Source: a virus
Lineage: Duplodnaviria > Caudoviricetes
Length of the DNA stretch: 64,000 bases
Reading direction: 5' to 3' (one strand)
Virus record (IMG/VR): IMGVR_UViG_3300026735_000021
Location: 1 to 64,000 of that record
The first letter of the stretch is position 1. The number at the start of each line of letters is the position of its first letter. The notes under the pieces are model-generated. The model had not been told where the DNA came from, searched no databases, and saw only the letters and a program-made list of their open reading frames with translations. Positions 56,901 through 64,000 of this stretch are shown one piece after another. The position numbers and the translations under genes were made by a program.

Positions 56901-58521
56901 TGTGTCAACTACACAGCCTTATAAATTTATTACACAAACGCCTGATTACTTAAAATCATTTCTACTCAATTTAAAAATACCAAAGCCTTTAAGTTTAGAT
57001 GATTTATCTAAAATTGGTGAAACGGCTCTTATTGAAAAGAAATTAAGTGTAGAAACAAGTAATGCAGGTTTAGCGTCACGTGTACAAAAGCGTATCCCAG
57101 AGACGCTAGATTTTTTTGAAACGGCTGTGATTCTAACATTTATTATTCCCTTTAAAAATATTTATGTATCAAAAGAATCAAATGACACATTATTGGGAGC
57201 ATATCAAGCACAAGGACCAAATAAAGGTGTATACGAGACAAATATAGAAATTTTATATCGTTTAGTTGATGCCGTATCTCCACGCTTCAAAGATAAAGAT
57301 ATACAAGATACACTAAACAAAATAAAAAGAATTGTGCCCACAATACAACAGACAACTCATCCTGATTTAATTATTGCAAACAATGGAGTTTTCAATAAAA
57401 AATCTAAAAAACTAATGCCATTTAGTGACGATTATATTTTCTTAGCAAAATTGGCAATTAATTATGTTGAAAATCCAAAAAACCCTACAATTATAGCAGA
57501 TGATGGTTATGTATGGGACGTTGACACATGGATATCAGAATTAGCTGAAGATGATGATACTAATTTATTAATATGGCAAGTCATTTCTGACTTTATTCAA
57601 TCAGGATATTCTCGAGAAAAAGCAATCTTCTTCTATTCTCAATCAGGTAACAACGGTAAAGGAACACTTGGCCAATTAATGAAGAATATTGTTGGTAAAG
57701 GTAATTATAGTTCATTAGCCATTAACGATTTCAAACATGAATTCTTAAAAGAATCACTATTAGGTGTCACAGCCAATATTGCCGACGAGAACGATGTGGA
57801 TCAATATATTGATTCTGTTCGTGATTTTAAAGCGTCTATTACAGGTGATGACATCAATGTCAATAGGAAATTTGAGAAGCCAATACGTCTTCAATTCAAA
57901 GGGACAAATGTTCAAATGCTAAATGGTTTACCAAAAACTCGTGATAAATCAGACTCATTCTATCGTCGTTTAATTCTTGTACCGTTTATCAAGTCTTTCA
58001 CCAATAATGGTCAAAGAAAATACATTAAAGATGATTATATAAAACGAAAAGATGTATTAGAATATGTCTTATGGAAAGCATTCAATTTAGATTTTAATGA
58101 ATTCATTGTACCAAACAAATCACAGATTTTATTAAATGATTATAAGGAAATGAACAATCCCGTTATCCAATTCTGGGCTGAAATTGAGCCACAATTACAA
58201 TGGGATTTAGTACCAACACAATTCCTATATGATTTGTTTATTTCATGGTTCAACAAAAATAACCCAATGGGTAAACCTATAAGTCGACAATCATTTATGG
58301 ACTTGTTTAGATTGCAAATAGAAACATCCACAACCTGGATTAATAAATTTGAAAAAACAGATAAAGTAAAAACAGGTACTAAAATGGATGCAGACGAACC
58401 ATTAATTACAGAATATCAACTCAATGATTGGATGAATTCAAAAGCACGAACAACAACAAATCTTCAAAAATTGAGAAATTTTGATAGAAAAGCAGCCTAT
58501 CGTGGAATTGTTCGCAAATAA
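56890..58521 (+). CDS. D5/P4-family SF3 helicase (primase-associated) lacking an N-terminal primase domain
   Basis: IIANNGVFN (D5_N), SGNNGKGT Walker A, NIADE, ITGDDI.VNRK, FYRRLILVPF, C-terminal wHTH-like region. Confidence 0.88.
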   Translation: MSNNVSTTQPYKFITQTPDYLKSFLLNLKIPKPLSLDDLSKIGETALIEKKLSVETSNAGLASRVQKRIPETLDFFETAVILTFIIPFKNIYVSKESNDTLLGAYQAQGPNKGVYETNIEILYRLVDAVSPRFKDKDIQDTLNKIKRIVPTIQQTTHPDLIIANNGVFNKKSKKLMPFSDDYIFLAKLAINYVENPKNPTIIADDGYVWDVDTWISELAEDDDTNLLIWQVISDFIQSGYSREKAIFFYSQSGNNGKGTLGQLMKNIVGKGNYSSLAINDFKHEFLKESLLGVTANIADENDVDQYIDSVRDFKASITGDDINVNRKFEKPIRLQFKGTNVQMLNGLPKTRDKSDSFYRRLILVPFIKSFTNNGQRKYIKDDYIKRKDVLEYVLWKAFNLDFNEFIVPNKSQILLNDYKEMNNPVIQFWAEIEPQLQWDLVPTQFLYDLFISWFNKNNPMGKPISRQSFMDLFRLQIETSTTWINKFEKTDKVKTGTKMDADEPLITEYQLNDWMNSKARTTTNLQKLRNFDRKAAYRGIVRK

Positions 58522-58553
58522 AAAACACCCCAACTTGAGGTGTTTTTTTTTTT
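58520..58553. terminator. Terminator between convergent genes
   Basis: AAAAACACC-CCAACTTGA-GGTGTTTTT with flanking A and T tracts. Confidence 0.7.
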
Positions 58554-59763
58554 ATAAATCAGGGCCATCATTTTCTTTACTACGAGGCTTTGGTCTAGGT
58601 TTGAAATCTTCGGCTGTAATTTCCCGCTCAGGTAATTTTGGTGTATCATTAGAATTATCAACATGAAGGGAAACAACTGGTGTTTGTGGTTGAGACTCGG
58701 CCAGATTTACGAAATCATCGCCATCAAAACCACTAAATTCAATAGGATGACTCTCATACTCTTTTAAGGCTTGCTCTGCTGCCGCTAATGGATTTAAATC
58801 AACAGAAAAGTCATTGGTCAAATCTGCTTCAAATTCATTTTCATGTGACATATCCCGTTCACCACCATTTATAGCCTTATCAATTAAATCCGCATTATGC
58901 AATTGAGGTTGAGCGCCAGGCTTCACCGAATGATACGCGGGAACATATAGACCTCGAGACAAATTATCCATCAATGTACTCATATCGTCAGCAATCATTG
59001 GATCTGTTGGGAAATACAACGAATCCTCAAGCATATCATATCCCACTTTATCAATAGCTTCTTTTGTAACAACATCGGGATCATCCAAATCAGAATAAAG
59101 TCGTAATAATGATTTATAGTACGCAACAGAGGCATTGTCTAACATTTCACGATGAGCTTCACCATTTTCATCATAATTCAAATAACGTGTATTTTTTGTC
59201 ATGTGTTTAGTATAAGCTCTACTGGCTGCATAAATTTCTTCAGATGTTTCACCACGAAATGCTTTAATTAAATTAACTTGGAAACTACCATAAATAATAT
59301 CTTGATAATATGGATTATCAGCTTTATTTTGTGACCAATAATCTAAATCATATTCATCATTATATACATTTTTCATAATGTATTCTGCTAAAATTTCATT
59401 TGTCAATTCACCTTTAGGAACATTATCAACATACCCTAAGCGTTTAGCATCTTGTCGTAATGCGTCCATAAACAAATCATCATTAGTAGCTACATAATCA
59501 AAATCAACCATTGATGGTTGAACACGCATAATTTTTAAATCACGAGGAGGCTTATTTAACACTTCATCCACATCATAATCGTGGCTTAATCGTTCACTCA
59601 AATATTGTTGTAAACTTTGAAGCCCTTCTTCACACACAATATAAGCGGGATGAGATCGAGCACCATATCCATCCCAGCCCTCAGCATATTCTTTTTTTAA
59701 TCGGTCCAATTGAACATATTCATTTATTTCTTTTTTGGCAGCACGATCTGATAAAAACCCCAT
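58552..59763 (-). CDS. Hypothetical acidic protein
   Basis: 403-aa ORF with RBS GAGGTG; ends ENDGPDL. Confidence 0.7.
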   Translation of the reverse strand: MGFLSDRAAKKEINEYVQLDRLKKEYAEGWDGYGARSHPAYIVCEEGLQSLQQYLSERLSHDYDVDEVLNKPPRDLKIMRVQPSMVDFDYVATNDDLFMDALRQDAKRLGYVDNVPKGELTNEILAEYIMKNVYNDEYDLDYWSQNKADNPYYQDIIYGSFQVNLIKAFRGETSEEIYAASRAYTKHMTKNTRYLNYDENGEAHREMLDNASVAYYKSLLRLYSDLDDPDVVTKEAIDKVGYDMLEDSLYFPTDPMIADDMSTLMDNLSRGLYVPAYHSVKPGAQPQLHNADLIDKAINGGERDMSHENEFEADLTNDFSVDLNPLAAAEQALKEYESHPIEFSGFDGDDFVNLAESQPQTPVVSLHVDNSNDTPKLPEREITAEDFKPRPKPRSKENDGPDL

Positions 59764-59852
59764 ATGTCACCTCTTCTTTTCATATTATATCTATTATAAG
59801 AATAACACAAAATCAGTCAAAACCCTAATTTTGATTTAAACAAAAAAGACGA

Positions 59853-60164
59853 TTATTTCGTCTTTTCATTGTCCGAGCGCAAACGCCGTTTGTATGTTCG
59901 ACTTGCCGTAAATACAAATGACTTATGGGCAGGAATTTCATATTCTTCTTTTGATTTCGGATTTCGACCTTTATGCCCTTTTCGATCTTTCATTTCGAAA
60001 CGACCCCTACCTTGAAATCTAACCATATGGCCAAGTTCAACCTCGTCCTGAAGAATATCCCAAAACGCATCCACCATTTCTGTTGTTTCATCAACTGTTT
60101 TATTCAATTTGGCACTAAGCAAACGAACAAAATCACCTTTATTTAATTTGACAGGTTTCGTCAT
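59853..60164 (-). CDS. hup: HU/IHF-family DNA-binding protein
   Basis: LNKGDFVRLLS...VRFQGRGRF...RKGHKGRNPKSKEEYEIPA...F.AS. Confidence 0.92.
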   Translation of the reverse strand: MTKPVKLNKGDFVRLLSAKLNKTVDETTEMVDAFWDILQDEVELGHMVRFQGRGRFEMKDRKGHKGRNPKSKEEYEIPAHKSFVFTASRTYKRRLRSDNEKTK

Positions 60165-60390
60165 ATTCTAATCACCTTTACATCTTATTTTTCATTCTTA
60201 TTCAAAAATTATTTATATATTAATGATAACAAAAAAATACAAGAAAATCAACAGAAATCATTATTTGGGGGAAAAAAATAAAACCATGAACAACAAATAA
60301 ATGTCATTTCATGGTTTTTGTTTTCAACTTATTTATTCAACCGAGAATAATATAATCTTACATACAAATTATACCACACCCAACATAAAA

Positions 60391-60999
60391 TTACAAATCA
60401 AGATCATAATCATCTTTTTGTTTTTGTATATTTTTCTCATTTTTTGGCTCGATATCTGCCCCTGTGTCATCAATAGGCTCTGGATCACCAAACTCTACAT
60501 CAAAATCATTTTGCAACTCATTCGATTTAACTGTTCCCATTGTTTTTTGATGTTCTGGCTCAATTGCTCGAGAATAATCCAATTTCAGTTCCATATCCGG
60601 AATTGTATCCACAATTTCTTCATTTCGAATTTCATCTTGATAATCAGAAAATCCAACGAAAGCATCAACTGGCATTTTATAATGATCTTCAAAATTATCA
60701 GCAAATTTATCAGCAAAATCATGTTGATTTCCAGCCGTAGTGTCCACAACTTGTTTTAAATCATCTTTATCAATATCAATTGAATCAGACAATGCGTCAT
60801 ATAAATAACTATCAAAATCCTTTTTCATATCATTAAACATCAAAGCTTCACTTAAACTTTTACGTTGAACACTTTCTGATATTGTTTGAATTAAATCATT
60901 GATTCGCTTTGAATTTTGATCATCATCGAAATTACCAGCATAAATCTGACTCAATGCTTCAGTAACTTCTTCTTTTGTATACTGTTTCTTTTTGGTCAT
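60391..60999 (-). CDS. Hypothetical acidic protein
   Basis: Likely ATG 60999 with RBS AAGGTGG and a TGGTATAAT promoter at 61021-61029; ends DDYDLDL. Confidence 0.7.
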   Translation of the reverse strand: MTKKKQYTKEEVTEALSQIYAGNFDDDQNSKRINDLIQTISESVQRKSLSEALMFNDMKKDFDSYLYDALSDSIDIDKDDLKQVVDTTAGNQHDFADKFADNFEDHYKMPVDAFVGFSDYQDEIRNEEIVDTIPDMELKLDYSRAIEPEHQKTMGTVKSNELQNDFDVEFGDPEPIDDTGADIEPKNEKNIQKQKDDYDLDL

Positions 61000-61165
61000 A
61001 TAAACCACCTTTCTTATATAATTATACCATGATATCAAACAAATATGAAATATGAATTAAACGATGACCTCAAATGACAATAAAAATAATATTATGAAAC
61101 TTCTTTTTTTTAACTAAATTTGATATAATTTAAGAGTAATACAATAAAAAGGAAATAAATAAAAT

Positions 61166-62233
61166 ATGGAAAATAATTCGGATAGAATGGGGTTCGCATT
61201 AATCGCACTTAGCGTAGTAGCTTTTGTGTTACTTGCTGTGAATGGCCCATTGAAATCTACCGTCGGTGGCTTTTTTAATGGCTTTAACAATTGGCAAGAA
61301 TCGACATTTAGTCAAATCTTGAATAAAATTAATCCTAATGACGCTAAGTGGGTCACAAAAGGCGACTGGGGCTCAAATAGTAAATTTGTTGTAGATAAAG
61401 ATGGTAATGCTGTGATTTATGCGATGGATGCATCGAAACCGATCATATTTCATAATATGGCGTCTGAAAATGCAAAATTACCAAAAGATACCTTGACAAC
61501 GCTTACCTTTCAGGATAAGGTTCAAGGTGACACAAATAGTTCAATGGCGAGCGCATTTTCTTATAATAGATATAGAAATCTCAAGACCATCCATAATTTG
61601 GATACGAATGTCGATACATCTAATGTTATGGATATGAGTTGGATGTTCTATAATTCAAAGCTAACATTAGTTGGTGATTTGAGTCAATGGAATACATCGA
61701 AGGTGACTAATATGGATTCAATGTTCAGTCATTCAAAGCTAACATCAATTGGTGATTTGAGTCAATGGAACACATCGAATGTTAAGGATATGAGTTTTAT
61801 GTTCATTGGTTCACAGTTAAACTCAGTTGGTGATTTGAGTAAATGGAATACGTCAAATGTGACGAATATGGGGTATATGTTCAGTTTTTCAAAGCTAACA
61901 TCAGTTGGTGATTTGAGTCAATGGAATATGTCAAAAGTGACTGCTATGGGTGATATGTTCTATGATTCAAAGCTAACATCAGTTGGTGATTTGAGTCAAT
62001 GGAATACGTCAAATGTGACGAATATGGGTGAGATGTTCACGAATTCAAAGCTAACATCAGTTGGTGATTTGAGTAAATGGAATACGTCAAATGTGACTAC
62101 GATGAAAGGGGCGTTCAGTTCTTCAGAGTTAACGTCAGTTGGAGATTTGAGTAAATGGAATACATCGAATGTTACGGATATGAGATATATGTTCCGTGAT
62201 TCAAAGCTAACGCCACCATCATGGTATCATTGA
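61166..62233 (+). CDS. BspA/DUF285-type leucine-rich-repeat surface protein with a short hydrophobic leader
   Basis: Seven full and one partial 26-aa repeats (NTSNVTNM..MF..SKLTSVGDLSQW); TGATATAAT promoter at 61121-61129. Confidence 0.9.
   Translation: MENNSDRMGFALIALSVVAFVLLAVNGPLKSTVGGFFNGFNNWQESTFSQILNKINPNDAKWVTKGDWGSNSKFVVDKDGNAVIYAMDASKPIIFHNMASENAKLPKDTLTTLTFQDKVQGDTNSSMASAFSYNRYRNLKTIHNLDTNVDTSNVMDMSWMFYNSKLTLVGDLSQWNTSKVTNMDSMFSHSKLTSIGDLSQWNTSNVKDMSFMFIGSQLNSVGDLSKWNTSNVTNMGYMFSFSKLTSVGDLSQWNMSKVTAMGDMFYDSKLTSVGDLSQWNTSNVTNMGEMFTNSKLTSVGDLSKWNTSNVTTMKGAFSSSELTSVGDLSKWNTSNVTDMRYMFRDSKLTPPSWYH
61613..62217. repeat. 78-bp coding tandem repeats of the BspA-like gene
   Basis: GTTGGTGATTTGAGT(C/A)AATGGAA recurs every 78 bp. 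Confidence 0.9.
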
Positions 62234-62318
62234 TAAATACGGGCATTAAACCCTGACTATCATGAAGAGCTTGATGCTCTTTTTCTTTTTGTATAAATTT
62301 GCTGATAAGTTGTGTTAC

Positions 62319-62400
62319 TGGCTTTTTTAATGGCTTTAAACATTAACAAGAAACCACATTCAGTAGTATTTTAAGCAATGAGTCTGATGGAAATTCATAA
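62319..62400 (+). pseudogene. Degenerate second copy of the BspA leader segment
   Basis: 21-nt exact match to 61267-61287; continues in the same register as GFFNGFKH*QETTFSSIL versus GFFNGFNNWQESTFSQIL. Confidence 0.65.
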
Positions 62401-62601
62401 CAACAGATTGTTTTGCAAATGTTCCGCTATATAACAACATGATAACCCAATCATTAATTTCGCAATACCACATTACACTAAGAGCCCATATTGGCTTCAT
62501 ATGATGCTTTTATTATTAAAGTGATAACTTATACAGGACAATGCCGACATGAGCCTTAAAATCAAAACTTAGGGCATTTAATTGGTGTTTTTATCAAAAT
62601 G

Positions 62602-62637
62602 AAAAGGATAACTTAATTGTTATCCTTTTTTTTTTAT
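62602..62637. terminator. Terminator after the RNAP-like gene (likely bidirectional)
   Basis: AAAAGGATAAC-TTAATT-GTTATCCTTTT plus T tract. Confidence 0.8.
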
Positions 62638-62642
62638 TATAA

Positions 62643-63998
62643 TTATGGTTCTAAATCATCTGACGATGACGATTTAGCCATATTTACAGTATGTTGTGAT
62701 ACCTCTACATTAGATAAATCAACTGAAGATTTTTCTTTTGGTAAAGGTTTTTCTAGGTTAGCTTCTACTTCACGTTGTTGAATTGCCACTTTATCGAGAA
62801 TATCTTGTTTAAGCAATGTTGTTTCATCTGTTGCTTCTCGCATTTTAAGTGGCGCAAATTGTTGACTACGTTCACCTTCAAGGAGACTTCTATTCTTTTC
62901 AGCCAGTGCAATCAAACGATCATAACCACCACCATATGCAACTTGGTCAAGAGGTGATCCTTTTTCTTTTGCAATTTCTTTGATTGATTTAACGGCTGTT
63001 GTGCCATTTTCACTCATAAGATTAGCAATTGTATCAAGATATTCTTCGTTGAAATCAACGCCCAATTTTTCAGAAAGAACATGAGTCATTTCTGATTTGA
63101 ATTGGCGTGCCGAAATATCTTTTTGTTTACCATCTGCTGATTTACCACCATATAAATTATTCAATGAACTTGACAATTCATCATTGATGATTTTAGCTTG
63201 ACGAGGGTCATGCTTAATTTGAAGTGTACCTTGTGTGATTGGATATGTGATTTCAAGGGCAGCTTTCATATCGTCATCACGCAATGCCGCAACCAATTTT
63301 TGAGAGAATCCACCGGCTAAACCAGTATCATCAGATTTAACACCCGTTGCTTCTTGAATGGCTTGAGCATCACTAAGGTTTTTGATTGGACGTTCATTGA
63401 ATTTTTTAACTTCAATTTTTCCAGATTCAATTTGTTTAGACAATTTGTCACTATCTGATTCAACTTCATACCCAAAATAATCCATCAATTCAACAAATTT
63501 GCTAGGACTACCTTTTGCTTTGTTTTTAACCATTTGGGCAAATGATTCAACCATAGACTGTTTATCATCTAATCGAACATAATCCCCACCAAACCCATGA
63601 TCACGGAAAGCCTTATGGCTATAATTATTCAAATCGCGCAATGCTTTTTTAGTCAACATGCCTGTTGCGTCTTTAGCATTTGCATTTGCTTTAGCTTGAT
63701 TTAAAAGATCTGTTACTTCAGTAGAACCTGTATCTTTCAAAGCTTTAGCTTCAGCTGAAGACAAATCCATTCCGCTTTGGAAATATAAATCATACTGTCC
63801 ATCTTTATTCAAACCAGCACCAAAATCAAGCATGTTAGCTTCGTGTCCAAACAATTCTTTCAATTGTTTATTAGCTTCAGGTGAATGTAATTTGATAAGA
63901 CCCATTGTATCACCATCAAAGTCCATATCATGTGATTTGTCCGCAATTGGATTAATTGAAATACCATGAACAGATTCATCATGTTTAACGGTAAAGGC
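62643..63998 (-). CDS. C-terminal part of a large two-barrel (DFDGD) RNA polymerase-like protein, 5' end outside the window
   Basis: The frame is open to the window edge: AFTVKHDESVHGISINPIADKSHDMDFDGDTMG, matching the beta-prime-type I..P....(N/A)xDFDGD active-site context. Confidence 0.72.
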   Translation of the reverse strand, partial: AFTVKHDESVHGISINPIADKSHDMDFDGDTMGLIKLHSPEANKQLKELFGHEANMLDFGAGLNKDGQYDLYFQSGMDLSSAEAKALKDTGSTEVTDLLNQAKANANAKDATGMLTKKALRDLNNYSHKAFRDHGFGGDYVRLDDKQSMVESFAQMVKNKAKGSPSKFVELMDYFGYEVESDSDKLSKQIESGKIEVKKFNERPIKNLSDAQAIQEATGVKSDDTGLAGGFSQKLVAALRDDDMKAALEITYPITQGTLQIKHDPRQAKIINDELSSSLNNLYGGKSADGKQKDISARQFKSEMTHVLSEKLGVDFNEEYLDTIANLMSENGTTAVKSIKEIAKEKGSPLDQVAYGGGYDRLIALAEKNRSLLEGERSQQFAPLKMREATDETTLLKQDILDKVAIQQREVEANLEKPLPKEKSSVDLSNVEVSQHTVNMAKSSSSDDLEP

Positions 63999-64000
63999 AC

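Noticed and set aside
60301-60759. 152-aa + strand ORF and the many other short antisense or alternate-frame ORFs in the track
   Set aside because: They lie wholly within longer, motif-bearing genes on the other strand or frame and lack RBSs.
1-64000. tRNA, rRNA or virion structural genes
   Set aside because: None were recognised by eye; tRNAscan and phage HMM searches would be needed to exclude divergent ones.

Overview
An AT-rich 64-kb segment of a large, apparently self-replicating mobile element from a low-GC Firmicute. A lactic-acid-bacterium-like host is inferred from the PrsA, sortase, CpsB, GT32 and BspA genes and from sigmaA-type promoters. No rRNA, tRNA, ribosomal-protein or virion structural genes are recognisable. 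The window mixes two gene sets. (i) Jumbo-phage-like DNA and RNA metabolism: intein-containing SNF2 helicase, VRR-NUC, NrdD/NrdG, AEP primase, SF3/D5 helicase, UDG, ATP-dependent ligase, UvrD- and RecD2-like helicases, HU, and the C-terminal part of a DFDGD two-barrel RNA polymerase-like protein running off the right edge. (ii) Plasmid-like envelope functions: a complete secA-secE-secY-secG set (secE is a 48-aa ORF missing from the ORF track), PrsA, sortase A, a CPBP protease, an extracellular nuclease, and LysM and BspA proteins. The standout is a stand-alone retron-type reverse transcriptase (NAxxH, YSDD, VTG) preceded by a ~600-nt highly structured, GC-enriched non-coding segment. Its ends can pair next to a TTAGC candidate branch point, suggesting an unusually large msr-msd RNA with no recognisable effector. 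A 1.3-kb intergenic region at ~53.7-55.0 kb carries 19 GTTCCAC/GTGGAAC repeats and is the likely replication origin. An IS200/IS605 element (tnpA tail, tnpB, right end) sits at the left edge. All calls come from reading motifs by eye; no database searches or folding programs were run.
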